This document shows positions 45,518 to 56,005 of a DNA stretch of 64,000 nucleotides, one piece after another (position 1 is the stretch's first letter; each line of letters opens with the position of its first letter). The translations under genes were made by a program, and so were the position numbers. The notes under the pieces are model-generated. The model did no database searches and had not been told where the DNA came from. It saw only the letters and a program-made list of their open reading frames with translations. The stretch lies in the IMG/VR virus record IMGVR_UViG_3300027796_000318; one strand, 5' to 3'. This DNA comes from a virus.

Positions 45518-46335
45518 GCGGCAAGACCTCCAGCCAAATTGACAGTCGATTTCCGCACGGCGCCCACCGAGACCGAGGTCACTCTTCTCGCAACGAGCCG
45601 AACGTCAGCCGATCGTGTTGCCGCAAGAGCAATCGTTCCGATCACAGGGTTGCTCGAATTGACGACGGAGCACTCGACCAGCCCTGATCCACTGATGGAA
45701 ATTGATAAAATCCTGCCAGACGAGACTGGCGCTTCTACCGATCCACATCCAGAAAAAAGAACAGCCTGAAAGACAGATTTCTTTTTAATTTCAGCTTTTG
45801 CTTCTCCACTGCCAGATACTTCGGCAGAAAACGCATAGATTTTCTCGATATGAGCAGTTGATTTTCCGCAACCAATTAAGCCGACACTGACATATCGATT
45901 TGTTTTCGTTTCTGAAAAAACAGTCCCCCGCCCTGAAACTGCGACCTCTATGCCACTGACCTTCTGCACCTCGGCTGCAACGAGACCGCTGCCTCTGATG
46001 GAGATGCCGGCGGCTTCCGCGCTTTTTCTGATCGCGACTGAAAGGGTGCCGCTACCGGACACCAGGGCAGCAACCGCAGCCCCCTTTTCAGTCGAGACTG
46101 AAACTAGGCCGGATCCCTGAACTGAGACGGCCGAGCTAGACCCCTTTGAAATCTGCACCGAGATGCTTCCGCCACCAGACACTGCGGCGGAGACCTCACG
46201 AGCGACAATGATGCCGGCCCGAGCATTGATCGGGAGAGCGTTAACCGCCGCACCACCCAAGGCAAAAGACAATCCGGCTCCAGCGGGGACGCCATTGATG
46301 AGCGTCACATTGATCGCCGTGCCGTTGACGCGCAT
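45514..46335 (-). CDS. Beta-repeat structural protein
   Basis: Recurring (V/I)SG(S/G)G motifs. Confidence 0.6.
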   Translation of the reverse strand: MRVNGTAINVTLINGVPAGAGLSFALGGAAVNALPINARAGIIVAREVSAAVSGGGSISVQISKGSSSAVSVQGSGLVSVSTEKGAAVAALVSGSGTLSVAIRKSAEAAGISIRGSGLVAAEVQKVSGIEVAVSGRGTVFSETKTNRYVSVGLIGCGKSTAHIEKIYAFSAEVSGSGEAKAEIKKKSVFQAVLFSGCGSVEAPVSSGRILSISISGSGLVECSVVNSSNPVIGTIALAATRSADVRLVARRVTSVSVGAVRKSTVNLAGGLAA

Positions 46336-46340
46336 GAGGA

Positions 46341-46658
46341 CTACCCTCCGGTGACAACGGCCTCGATAGAATCACAGGCGGCCTTATCCTGGTCGTCGGT
46401 CGCGGCAGCGGCAGCCGCGCGCACGGCAGCCTCAGCGATGTCTCCGGCGCTGCGGATCGCCGCCCGCTGGTCAAGGACATCCTGCGGCACCGGCTTCCCC
46501 GTGGGATCCTGCGCCCGGATGATCACCCAGTCGGTCTCAGCCAGACTGGCGCCCTTCCACCGATCGATCTCCGCCAGCCGGGCGGTCAGACAGGCGGAAA
46601 CGGTACGGGAATCCTCATCGGAGACCAGCACGCCATTCTGATAGGTCAGAGTGCGCAT
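46341..46658 (-). CDS. Tail fibre assembly-like protein
   Basis: LAETDWVIIRA...RAAIRS. Confidence 0.6.
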   Translation of the reverse strand: MRTLTYQNGVLVSDEDSRTVSACLTARLAEIDRWKGASLAETDWVIIRAQDPTGKPVPQDVLDQRAAIRSAGDIAEAAVRAAAAAATDDQDKAACDSIEAVVTGG

Positions 46659-47602
46659 TAGACGACTCTCAAATAGATTGCGGGAGATCCACTTACGTTT
46701 GAATTCCCAATCGCTCCTGACGTCGTGGGGAGACTTGTTCCTCCCTCGGTGGGCATATAGACACTCGGCATTGTCGTTATATCCAACCCATGGTTTTGAT
46801 TTAGCATGGCCGTTGTCTGTTCCATTTTCCGCATAGTGGGCGTCCCGTCAGACAACAGCGCCAGACCGTAAATCCCCGGCTCAAGAGTCAGATTAATAAC
46901 CGCTTCGATGCCACTAGCCGTAGCAGCACTTAACGCTCCTGAATCCAAAATTCGCGTGGTTGGTCTTGCATAGCCCCAGTTATAAACACCTAGATAAATA
47001 TTCTTCCCCGCTGCCGCTGTAGTTACGAGCGACCCAATCCTTGTAAAAGTCGTTTTTCTATAACAATAAAATATTGCGTAATATATGGTATTTGCCGTGA
47101 GAGGCATTGTTGTTGATGTAATGTGAAATCCATAAGGGACATAATATCTGCCGGTGATGTAGCCGCTTCCGGCATTGGCCAAGGCCGCAACTTCTTCGAC
47201 CAGGAATTTTCCCTCTTCCGCCCCACTGGCCGAATGCCCTCGAACGGTATCGCCGGGTGCGGGAGTGGCAGTGGGCAGATCCGTTGTGCTTTTGGCGGCG
47301 ATGTTGGTAAGGGTCCCGGCCGTCACGCGCAGATCGATTTGGCTGCCAGCAGCCCACGCGGCGGCGGCCGTGCCCTCCTGGGCTCGCACGATTGTCAGGA
47401 CATCCTCGGAGCGGGCCGTCAGTTTGACAATTTCGCAAGGAGCTTGGTTGCCGGGGGGTGTGAGGGTCAGGAGCGCGAAATCCCCCCCAGAGGGGCTGGG
47501 GAAGAGAGATCCGGCCCCCGGCAGCAGGGTTAAAGTTGGGTCTGAGGGCGATATCGCGTCCAGCAGAATCGAGGCGGCATTGTTTTTGAATAACTGGGCC
47601 AT
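46658..47602 (-). CDS. Fibre-like structural protein
   Basis: FKNNAAS...CEIVKLTARSEDVLTIVRAQEGTAAAAW N-terminus; AT-richer beta-sandwich C-terminus. Confidence 0.7.
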   Translation of the reverse strand: MAQLFKNNAASILLDAISPSDPTLTLLPGAGSLFPSPSGGDFALLTLTPPGNQAPCEIVKLTARSEDVLTIVRAQEGTAAAAWAAGSQIDLRVTAGTLTNIAAKSTTDLPTATPAPGDTVRGHSASGAEEGKFLVEEVAALANAGSGYITGRYYVPYGFHITSTTMPLTANTIYYAIFYCYRKTTFTRIGSLVTTAAAGKNIYLGVYNWGYARPTTRILDSGALSAATASGIEAVINLTLEPGIYGLALLSDGTPTMRKMEQTTAMLNQNHGLDITTMPSVYMPTEGGTSLPTTSGAIGNSNVSGSPAIYLRVV

Positions 47603-47970
47603 TATGTCGCCGCAGGGAAACGGATCGCAAAAGACGTGAGGCTGAACGGGTTGCCCTGTGCCACGGGCTGTCCTGAATCCAGCAAACCGGCAGCATCCAG
47701 CCGATTGCTGTCACGGTTCACCAACGCCCAGGCGATCGCGGTGCCAGTGGCGGTGACCACGCCATTGGTGATGGCGGGGACCGTCACTTGCCGGCCATCG
47801 GGCGTGCCGGCACCAGGCGCGCTGACCCCCGGGGACTCTTTCCGACCAAGGGCCAGCGTGGATGTAGCAGCGGTATAAGTCGCTGGCTCCGCAGAGCAGA
47901 GATAGAAGTCGGTGCAACTGGAGAGAGTGGTCAACCCGTTGTCAAAGACGGTGTTGGACAGATACGCCAT
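47602..47970 (-). CDS. Virion structural protein
   Basis: VFDNGL...LCSAEPATY...TATGTA. Confidence 0.6.
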   Translation of the reverse strand: MAYLSNTVFDNGLTTLSSCTDFYLCSAEPATYTAATSTLALGRKESPGVSAPGAGTPDGRQVTVPAITNGVVTATGTAIAWALVNRDSNRLDAAGLLDSGQPVAQGNPFSLTSFAIRFPAAT

Positions 47971-47971
47971 G

Positions 47972-48307
47972 TCAAATCTCCAGCGCAGCGGCAGCAACGA
48001 CTGCCGCTGTAATTGCTTCCTCTTTGGTGGGGTAAGTGCCGATTTGCTCCCAGGTGCCATCCTGGAATCGGTAGATATACCAGACCCATGACGAGCGGTC
48101 GGTCCAGTCCAGATAGGACAGCGGGCGTCCCAGAGCGATTGGCGAGCCGAGCGCGTCCAGAGCGCCAACTTGGTAATGGGAGGCTGTTGCCATGTTATCC
48201 AGCAAAGCCTCGGTTGCCACCGCCTCTTTCAGCGGCGGACCAAACTCGCCTCGAATCGATGGCCCGATTTCGAACGAGCCCTTATCAATCAATTTGATTT
48301 CAGGCAT
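47972..48307 (-). CDS. Hypothetical protein
   Basis: Coupled ORF. Confidence 0.55.
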   Translation of the reverse strand: MPEIKLIDKGSFEIGPSIRGEFGPPLKEAVATEALLDNMATASHYQVGALDALGSPIALGRPLSYLDWTDRSSWVWYIYRFQDGTWEQIGTYPTKEEAITAAVVAAAALEI

Positions 48308-48361
48308 AGAACCCTCGCCGCCAAGAGATGGATAAGGGTGCGAACGGCGTTCGCACCGGGA

Positions 48362-48823
48362 TCAGGGGATGATCTCGTCGACCGTGGCGAGGTCGTTGGC
48401 GGCAGCCGTGCCATAACGTGGATTCAGGCCAAGGACCACGGCGCCAGCATCACAGGCCGCAGTGGCGATGGTCAGCGACAGACGGGCGTGGGTATATCCG
48501 GCGTTGACGTCAAGATCGTCGGCGCGGAGATTGATCAGCGCTTGTTTGTTGTCATCGCCGCCAGCCTTGGTCAGCGAGGTGATCGCCTTGGCGGTGACTT
48601 CCTTGGCACCGGTGCCCGAAGCGGAAGTGGCCTGCTCCATCTTGGCGTCAAGCGTGGCTGCCGCCCCAAGATCTCCCGCCAGCACCAGGGCCAACAGAGT
48701 TCCCCAAGTGGACAGACTGATCCAGTCGGTGGTGTAGGTGCCGGGCGGATAGGCATCCGGATCGATCACCCCGGCGACACTCGTTACCGACGAGCCGGGA
48801 ATCGAGGTATTGAAGGTACTCAT
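48362..48823 (-). CDS. Head decoration/cement-like protein
   Basis: Directly after the capsid gene; DWISL...LDAKMEQAT. Confidence 0.65.
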   Translation of the reverse strand: MSTFNTSIPGSSVTSVAGVIDPDAYPPGTYTTDWISLSTWGTLLALVLAGDLGAAATLDAKMEQATSASGTGAKEVTAKAITSLTKAGGDDNKQALINLRADDLDVNAGYTHARLSLTIATAACDAGAVVLGLNPRYGTAAANDLATVDEIIP

Positions 48824-48850
48824 CGCACCATCCTTTCAGGATCTCACGCC

Positions 48851-50170
48851 TCAGGCGCGGGTCGCGAGCGTGACGAAGTGGGAGCGGGTGGTTCCGCCCT
48901 TGGCGGGACTGACCGGGGCGGAGAGGTGCGGCTGTCCTCCCAGACGGAAAGCCCAACGAAACGCCTGAAGGCCGCGATCGAAATAGAGGTGGATCGAGGT
49001 ATCAAGCCGCACCCCGCCGGAACGCTGCGGGCTGTAATAGCCCTTGGGGCTTACCAACTGGAGATCGCCCTCGGCCCCCAGGGTCTGAGCGTATTCCATC
49101 CAGCGCACCGGATAGCCGAGGATGGTGCCCTCGGGAGCGGCCATCAGCCCCTGAGGGGGCAGCCAGACCGGCTGATTGCCGATGGTCAGCGGCAGCAGTT
49201 GGGGCAGGATATCCCGATTGGCGATCCAGATCGGTTGGTCGCCCGGCTGCACCAGCAGGCGGGTGTACATGGCCACCAGATTATTGATGGATAAGGTTTT
49301 TGCCGCCTGTCCAGTATCTTTGGCCACCGTGATCTTGGCCGGGGAACGGAACCATCCCAGGGGTTTGCCGACTCCGTCGCCGTAAATCAGGGTATCGCCA
49401 ATCGTCCAGCGGATGGCGAGCGCGGCCTTGTCAATCAGGCGGGTGGCAAGGCGGGGGGCGTCCTCGAGCAGTTCCTCGCTCGCCAGCACGAAGGCATACA
49501 GGCGATGCAACTGGATGATCCGGGGATCCGCCGGTGGTGCCTTACTCGCGGTGAGTTGGTGCTGTTCAGCCTCCCAGCGAACCTGAACCCCTCCGGTCGA
49601 CCAAGGCGTCGTTTCGTCCGCCAGCAACGAGACCGACCGCAGGGTGGTCGGTTCGTTATCGACCAGAGAGGAGATGTCGGGAACGTCGTAGACCAGGGAC
49701 CAGATCTGTTCGCGGTACATCGGCGGCAGAAGGTAGCCGTCATTGCTGCCGTCACCGATATGAGCGGTGGGGGCTGCGGCCATCATCGAGCGGAGTCGAT
49801 CGTCAAGGGCAGAGCCGGTGTCAGCGGCACGAACGGCCGAGGCAAAGTCGGCCATGCTGGCAAATCCGCCAGTTTGCGCCGGATCGGGTTCGGCCGAAAA
49901 GATGCGCGCGCCGGGGCGGATCGCGGCAGAGATCTGGGCGACCCGGCGATCGCGCTCCAGCCGCTCCCGGGCCTGATCCCGTTCGGTCACCACCGATTCG
50001 GCAGCGGCCAGTTCGGTCTCCAGCCGGGCTCTGAGATCATTGAGTGCGGAGGCCTCGGCCTCGGTCAGGTCGGTCTTGGCTTCGAGAGTGGAAAGGGCAG
50101 CCAGGGTTTTATCGACGGCCGCCTTGGCGTCGGCGACCCTCTGATTCAGGGCCTTGAGGGACGGAGGCAT
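48851..50170 (-). CDS. Major capsid protein (HK97 fold)
   Basis: Coiled-coil delta domain, DGYLLPP, WEAE, FRWAFRLGGQP. Confidence 0.93.
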   Translation of the reverse strand: MPPSLKALNQRVADAKAAVDKTLAALSTLEAKTDLTEAEASALNDLRARLETELAAAESVVTERDQARERLERDRRVAQISAAIRPGARIFSAEPDPAQTGGFASMADFASAVRAADTGSALDDRLRSMMAAAPTAHIGDGSNDGYLLPPMYREQIWSLVYDVPDISSLVDNEPTTLRSVSLLADETTPWSTGGVQVRWEAEQHQLTASKAPPADPRIIQLHRLYAFVLASEELLEDAPRLATRLIDKAALAIRWTIGDTLIYGDGVGKPLGWFRSPAKITVAKDTGQAAKTLSINNLVAMYTRLLVQPGDQPIWIANRDILPQLLPLTIGNQPVWLPPQGLMAAPEGTILGYPVRWMEYAQTLGAEGDLQLVSPKGYYSPQRSGGVRLDTSIHLYFDRGLQAFRWAFRLGGQPHLSAPVSPAKGGTTRSHFVTLATRA

Positions 50171-50194
50171 GGATTTCTCCCAGAAGTAAGGGGA

Positions 50195-51184
50195 TCAGGA
50201 CAAAGCGGCGCGACGCAGGCGGGCGAGGCGCAAATCGTGATCAATGGCCCGGCCCGGGGGTAGGGCTGACTGTGGCGGCGGGGCGGGTTTGCGCCCCTGC
50301 AAGCGGGCGATGGTTTCGGCCAGAGTCGCGACCCGGTCGGCCATGCCGAGCGTTTTGGCCTTGGCGGCAGGGACGGACCGTCCCTCGCCATAGCCGTCGC
50401 GAACGGCCGCGATCGGAACGCCGCGTCCCTGGGCGATATCGCCAACAAAAAGGTCATAGGTCGCGTTGACCTGTTCCTGGATCGCGGCGCGGGCCTCGTC
50501 GCCGAGTGGCTCGAAGGGGTTGCCTTCGGCCTTGTATCGGCCCGCCTTGATCACCGAGGCGGTAATCCCCTGCTGATCGAGGGCGCGGGAAAGATCGCGG
50601 TGGATGGTGTACACACCGACCGAACCGACCTGACCCGAGGGGGTCACCACCAGTTCGTCGGCTTGGGCCGCCAGCCAATAGGCCGCCGAGGCGGCCATGC
50701 CGTCGGCAACCGCCACGATCGGTTTCGTCCCCCGCAGGGAACGCAATTCGGCCGCTGCCTCATGAACCCCGGTCGCCGCACCACCAGGGCTGTCGATCGC
50801 CAGAACCAGAGCGCCCACCGTTTCGTCGGCATGGGCCTTGCGGATCTTGTCGAGATACCCTTCCAGCGACACCATGCCCGAGCTGTCGTTGAACAGGCTG
50901 GCCCGGCGGGTGATCACGCCTTGAAGCGGCAGGACAGCGACGGATCCGGCCCGGGCCGCCCCGGCGCGAACCGGAGTCCGCGCCGCCGAACCGATCCGGG
51001 CGGCGATTTCGTCCTGGCTCCAGCGGGCTCCAGACAGACGATAGGCCAGCACCTCGGCGACCACCGCCATCATCTCGGGAGTGATCGCCCACGACGTCTC
51101 GGCCACCAACTGCAAGACGTGCGCGTACTCGACCGCCGCCAGGGCCGGGGCGGCATCTTCGGTCGTCTCCACCGATGTCTCCAA
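50195..51184 (-). CDS. S49-family prohead protease
   Basis: IDSPGG, AASAAYWLAAQAD, VGSVGV. Confidence 0.93.
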   Translation of the reverse strand: METSVETTEDAAPALAAVEYAHVLQLVAETSWAITPEMMAVVAEVLAYRLSGARWSQDEIAARIGSAARTPVRAGAARAGSVAVLPLQGVITRRASLFNDSSGMVSLEGYLDKIRKAHADETVGALVLAIDSPGGAATGVHEAAAELRSLRGTKPIVAVADGMAASAAYWLAAQADELVVTPSGQVGSVGVYTIHRDLSRALDQQGITASVIKAGRYKAEGNPFEPLGDEARAAIQEQVNATYDLFVGDIAQGRGVPIAAVRDGYGEGRSVPAAKAKTLGMADRVATLAETIARLQGRKPAPPPQSALPPGRAIDHDLRLARLRRAALS

Positions 51185-52390
51185 TCAGGCCGGACGGTCG
51201 GCCGGTTTGGCCTCATCCGGACGGGTGCCCGCCGGGGCCATGTTGAGCGGTTGCAGATGATCGTCGCCATTGGCGATCGGATTGAGGTTCAGCATCCGGC
51301 GAACGTCGTTGATGCTGAGCCAGCCCCCCTCCCGTCCCATTTTGAACGCCTCGGCCTGACTCTTGAGGTCGCCACGCAGCAGGCCGGCAACATTGAATTC
51401 AACGTAATGGTCCTCGTCAGGGATCAGATCGAGATTGATCTTCTGTTCCCACATTTCGAGGACGGGCAGGGCGGTATCGGAAAGAAATTCCAGAGCCTGA
51501 TGCTCGATATTGGAAAACGTCGCCCGGTCGAGCATGCCGATTTTATGCGGGGGAATGCGCCAGATCCGCGCGACTTCCAAGGCGTTTTCCTTCCTGGTTT
51601 CCAGGAATTGCGCCTTCTCGTTATCAAGCTGAATCCTGACATATTTGATGCCGAACTCCAGCAGGGCATCACGATGCTGATGCTTTCCAGTCCGAGCCTG
51701 CCGCCAGGATTCCATGAAAGCATCGCGGGCCGGGCGATCCTTGAAAAAGGACGGATGTTCGAGAATCCCGCCGGCCTCGCCATTGTTGCGGAAAAACCGC
51801 TGTCCGTAGCGGTGGACCGCCAGCGCGGCGCCGAGGGTGTCGGCATGAGTGACCAGCACCGGACGTCCCATGAGGCCGTCATCAGTGAAGGGACCACACC
51901 GCAGATGAAACACCTCTTCAGCGGCGAGCAGGCGCGTTCCGTGCTTTTTTGACCAGGTGTGATACCACAGACTACCGCCGATCCATTCCGGCCAGGTCAC
52001 GGCGGGGTCAAGGCGCTCCAGTTCGCTTACCGCGCCCCGTTCGCCTGGGATGATCTCGGCATAAGCGTTGCGATGCCAGTCGACATCGCGCTGCATCTGC
52101 TGGCGCCAGTCCCAACTGGACTGCCAAGCGTTGGGCCGGCGGGCAAGGACATAGGCCAGAGGATGGTCCGACGCCGGTTCCCGTCCCCCGTCATCGCGCC
52201 GGCGGAACACCTGGAGCGGCAGTGAACTGAGCAGCCCCGCCCGGATATCGAGGCAGGCGGAAACGACAGGCAACGATAAAGCGGCCGCCTCGGTAACGGG
52301 CTCCCCGGCCTCGGTGCCCACGACATGAAGGATGGCCCCGCTTGAACCACCACGCGAGAACAGGGATTCAAGCCAGCCGAACATGCTCAT
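51185..52390 (-). CDS. HK97-family portal protein
   Basis: VSACLDIRAG...RRPNAWQS...VARIWRIPPHKIG...NEVRR-like end. Confidence 0.95.
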   Translation of the reverse strand: MSMFGWLESLFSRGGSSGAILHVVGTEAGEPVTEAAALSLPVVSACLDIRAGLLSSLPLQVFRRRDDGGREPASDHPLAYVLARRPNAWQSSWDWRQQMQRDVDWHRNAYAEIIPGERGAVSELERLDPAVTWPEWIGGSLWYHTWSKKHGTRLLAAEEVFHLRCGPFTDDGLMGRPVLVTHADTLGAALAVHRYGQRFFRNNGEAGGILEHPSFFKDRPARDAFMESWRQARTGKHQHRDALLEFGIKYVRIQLDNEKAQFLETRKENALEVARIWRIPPHKIGMLDRATFSNIEHQALEFLSDTALPVLEMWEQKINLDLIPDEDHYVEFNVAGLLRGDLKSQAEAFKMGREGGWLSINDVRRMLNLNPIANGDDHLQPLNMAPAGTRPDEAKPADRPA

Positions 52391-54111
52391 GACACCGCCA
52401 CCGTGTAGCCGGGGGGAAGGGCAATTCCCCGTTCCACCTCTTGCAGGGCCATCGCCCGACCGATTCCCATCAGCTGCGCCGCGATACCGTCGATCTTGTC
52501 GCCCGAGCGGTCCTTGTCCGGCTTAAGACAGCCGGCAGGATCCTGACGAACCGCAACATTGCCGGCCATCCAAGTCAGCACCGGGTGGCCCCCATGTTCC
52601 AACTCCCGCGCAATCACCTGACGCTCCAAATCGGCAGTGGGCGCGGCCATGCTCACGAACCCCTGGCCGAACCCGACCATCGCAATCCCCTCATCGGCCA
52701 GGGTCTGGATCACCTCACCGGCAAAGGTGCGGTCATAAGCGACTTCGACCAGATCGAACCGGGCGGCGTCTTCGACAATCTGGTGGGCGATGAAGCTGAA
52801 ATCGGTGGTGTCGCCGGGAGTTACCAGGATTGCCCCCTCGTCCCGCCACAGATCGAGGCGGACCCGGCTCTCTTTCATCCGTTTGACGAAGTTGTATTCC
52901 GGCAGCCAGAACCGGCAGAGGACGTGCCAATGCGGATCTTCATCGTCTGGCGGGAACACCAAGACAAAAGCCGAGAAGTCCCGCACCCGCGCCAGATCGA
53001 GGCCGCCATAGCAGCGTCGCCGGGCAAGCTGCGCCTCTTTCTCCCGCCACGGAATCGGGCCGGTGCACTCGTCCCAGGCCGCCATGTCGAGCCACTTCGA
53101 ACTCTGTTCGGTCCACTGGTTGAGATGCAGACGGCGATAAGTGTTGGTGTAGCCAGGGGTTTCCTGGGCGCGCTTGAGCTGGTCAAGCAGGTAGGGCACC
53201 CGTACCGCCTCGCCCAGCAGCGGGTTGGCCTTGGCAAGGGCACGCGGGTCCGTCCAATCTTCCTCCTCGTCGGCCGCGAAAATGATCGGCAGGAACGAGG
53301 GGTCCACCAGATCTCCGGCGGCGACCCGGCGCGCAATTTCGTGCATCTCCCAGCAGATGGTGCGGCGGTCGTAACCGGCGGTGGTGGCGTAAGCCTCAAG
53401 CGGCTGTTGGCGGGCGCCGGTCGCCGTGTGTAGCGCGTCGATCAGATCGCGGGTCTTCTGCTCGTGAACCTCATCAACAATGATCCCGGAAGGGTTCAGG
53501 CCATGCTTGCCTTCGGGCAGCCCAGAGAGGACGCGATAGGCTCCCATCAGCCGGGGGCAGACGATTGCCCCTTTCAGAACCTCAAGAATTTTCCCCAGTT
53601 CCGGCGATTGATGGACCATCGCCGCCGCCTCGCGAAAGATGATGCTGGCCTGCTCCTTGTCGGTGGCCGCTGACAGTACCTCGGGCGACCCTTCCCCATC
53701 CGCCACCAGCATCAGCAGGGCGATTCCGGCCAGCAGAGTGGATTTGCCGTTCTTGCGGGCGACTTCCAGCCACAGGGTCCGAACCACCCGGGTGCCTGCC
53801 TCCTCGCCATAACCCGCTTTCCAGCGATAGCCAAAGATGATCCGGACAATCCGCTGTTGGATCGGCGCCAGGACAAAAGGCCGTCCCTGGTGCCGCCCCT
53901 TGCTGTGCCGGAGAAAGCGCGGAAAGAACTGGACCGCCTTCTCGGCCCGGGTCGCGTCGTACTCGAACCGAGGGTCGGCGCGGTATCGCTGTTTCTGAGC
54001 CTCCACCACCGCTTCGGCATGAGCCCGGGCCAAGGCCACCAGTTCAGCCTCAACCGCCAGCGGATCATCCGGTAACGGCGTCAGTTCAGTTGAGGTAACC
54101 AATTGGGTCAT
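52387..54111 (-). CDS. terL: Terminase large subunit
   Basis: VARKNGKST, IVDEVH, KIDGIAA. Confidence 0.95.
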   Translation of the reverse strand: MTQLVTSTELTPLPDDPLAVEAELVALARAHAEAVVEAQKQRYRADPRFEYDATRAEKAVQFFPRFLRHSKGRHQGRPFVLAPIQQRIVRIIFGYRWKAGYGEEAGTRVVRTLWLEVARKNGKSTLLAGIALLMLVADGEGSPEVLSAATDKEQASIIFREAAAMVHQSPELGKILEVLKGAIVCPRLMGAYRVLSGLPEGKHGLNPSGIIVDEVHEQKTRDLIDALHTATGARQQPLEAYATTAGYDRRTICWEMHEIARRVAAGDLVDPSFLPIIFAADEEEDWTDPRALAKANPLLGEAVRVPYLLDQLKRAQETPGYTNTYRRLHLNQWTEQSSKWLDMAAWDECTGPIPWREKEAQLARRRCYGGLDLARVRDFSAFVLVFPPDDEDPHWHVLCRFWLPEYNFVKRMKESRVRLDLWRDEGAILVTPGDTTDFSFIAHQIVEDAARFDLVEVAYDRTFAGEVIQTLADEGIAMVGFGQGFVSMAAPTADLERQVIARELEHGGHPVLTWMAGNVAVRQDPAGCLKPDKDRSGDKIDGIAAQLMGIGRAMALQEVERGIALPPGYTVAVS

Positions 54112-54628
54112 CGCTGTCCTGCGCCTGCTGGGGCTGGGGACTATGGGCCGTCGGTGCTGGCGCCGTCGGTCCGAACGGCAGTTCCCCCTGGCGTCCGGCC
54201 ATCTGCGATGCGGCCCGCAGGCGGTCGCCGGTGGTCAGGGCCAAGGACTTGCCGAACGCAAGGATGATCCGCTCGGCCGCCTGGACGATCTCGACTTCCG
54301 GCCGTTTGCGGACGTAACCGGACTGGGTCTCGTAGGTCAGACCTTCCTTTTGCAGCACCCGGTTGGCCAGCGCATGCCGCGCCAGGGCCTGAACGTAAAC
54401 CGCGAACGCGCCAAGGTCCGAAGGTCGGGCATAGCCGGCGCGCTGCAATCTGCCGATCTCACGATCCCAGACTTTCTTTTCGGCGAACGTCAGGTGAGTC
54501 GGCGGCGCGAAATCATCGACCGCCGACGATTGCTCCGCGAACGCGGTTCGCGGTTGGCGCGTCCGCTTGCCCGGATTGCCCGCCAGCTCGTGGAGGGCCT
54601 CCGGCTTCGGCTTGCGTCCCTTGGCCAC
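54086..54628 (-). CDS. terS: P27-family terminase small subunit
   Basis: GRKPKP...LAGNPGKR...PPTHL...LTTGDR. Confidence 0.88.
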   Translation of the reverse strand: MAKGRKPKPEALHELAGNPGKRTRQPRTAFAEQSSAVDDFAPPTHLTFAEKKVWDREIGRLQRAGYARPSDLGAFAVYVQALARHALANRVLQKEGLTYETQSGYVRKRPEVEIVQAAERIILAFGKSLALTTGDRLRAASQMAGRQGELPFGPTAPAPTAHSPQPQQAQDSDDPIGYLN

Positions 54629-54639
54629 CGGTACCCCCT

Positions 54640-54730
54640 GAGAAAAAATAATATTTGCCCAATTTCGCGGCGATACGCGCGCGACCCCCATACGGTCCGG
54701 CGCCCCCGGGGTGGGAGACTTTCAGCCCCC
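54640..54730 (-). other. Probable cos region of prophage B
   Basis: HNH-terS gap with GACCG...CGCGAAATT pattern; position-based. Confidence 0.5.
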
Positions 54731-55156
54731 CCTGGGGGGTGGACGACGGGCCGGGCGGCCGAGACCGCCATCGGTGAGAGCCGTCTTCGAACTGTGGTGC
54801 GAATGGCAAAGGGATCGCAGGTTGCTCGGATCGAGACGGCGCGACGGATCGACGCGAACAGAGACGATGTGATCGACGTCGGTGGCTCGGTTGGTGCAGC
54901 CGGGCATCTCACACCAAGGATGGTCGGCGAGATGAGCAGCGCGGAGGCACTCCCACTTGCTGTCGTAGCCTCGCTTGCGGGCCGAGCCGCGCGCTTGGTC
55001 GTAGGCTTTGACACAACGCGGGCAACGCTGACCCACCACCACCAGTGTCCCGCAACACGGGCAGGCGCGGGGCGGAAGGGTTGGCACTGTCGGGGCTCCA
55101 AAAGCAAAGCGCCCGGATCGGGGCTCGATCCAGGCGCATGTATAGCTCGTCACCAA
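54722..55156 (-). CDS. HNH endonuclease
   Basis: SARKRGYDSKW...DVDHI...NLRSLCHSHHSSKT. Confidence 0.92.
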   Translation of the reverse strand: MVTSYTCAWIEPRSGRFAFGAPTVPTLPPRACPCCGTLVVVGQRCPRCVKAYDQARGSARKRGYDSKWECLRAAHLADHPWCEMPGCTNRATDVDHIVSVRVDPSRRLDPSNLRSLCHSHHSSKTALTDGGLGRPARRPPPRGG

Positions 55157-55157
55157 A

Positions 55158-55751
55158 TCAATAACTTTTCGCTGACCTCGCCGTCAAGCCCTCTTTCCAG
55201 GGGGTAGCCGAGGCTTCCGGGCCGATGACCAGTTTGCCATCGATCCTGATTGAGCCCAGGCGCCGGGACAGATCAACCAGCGCCTGACGCCAAAGTCGGT
55301 AGGCGTCACGTTCGGCCTCGACCACATCCAGATCCCAGCCCAGCATCAGGGTACCGTCACCGAGTTCGACCCCCTGCCGGACGCGATGACCGATCACATG
55401 ACGATGGTCATCATAGATTTGGCGGGGGTTACCGCGCAGGTTGACCTCCGCCGCGATGACCAGTTTGGCACCGGGCAGCCAGTCGGGCCGGTCGGCCGCC
55501 TTGGCGTGGCAGATCACCAGCACCGCCTGATAGCGCGAGAGGCCCAGCACAAAGCCGTGAAGCAGATCGGCGTCAGGGTGGCAATCGGCGCCGACCGAAA
55601 CGGCGGTGGACAACGACCGGGCGACCAAAGCGCAGGAATCGAACTGGGGCTGAGGACCGACGCCCATCTGCTGCCGGAGATCCGCCTGTTGGAGCCGATA
55701 CGTCCAGATCAGAGCCTGTTCGATGTCGATGGTTGGGGTTGCGATGGTCAT
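55158..55751 (-). CDS. Putative late regulator / hypothetical protein
   Basis: IDIEQALIWTY...CHPDA; position before HNH. Confidence 0.5.
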   Translation of the reverse strand: MTIATPTIDIEQALIWTYRLQQADLRQQMGVGPQPQFDSCALVARSLSTAVSVGADCHPDADLLHGFVLGLSRYQAVLVICHAKAADRPDWLPGAKLVIAAEVNLRGNPRQIYDDHRHVIGHRVRQGVELGDGTLMLGWDLDVVEAERDAYRLWRQALVDLSRRLGSIRIDGKLVIGPEASATPWKEGLTARSAKSY

Positions 55752-56005
55752 CTTGCCTCCTGTCTGCCCTTGTCCGGGTAAAAAACCGACCATGGACACT
55801 GAAAACCCGCTCTTTGCCTGCCTTTGTCCGGGGTGTCCGGGTTGTCTAGGCCAATCTCTCGCGCGCTCATACGCACGCTACGCGCACGCGCGCGCGAAAA
55901 AAAACACGGACAGCCCGGACACCCCGGACAAAGCCCGCTTTTCTGCGCCTCTCCGCTGTCCGGGCTGCGGCCAACAGCCCGGACAAGGGTAGACAAGGCG
56001 CAGCC

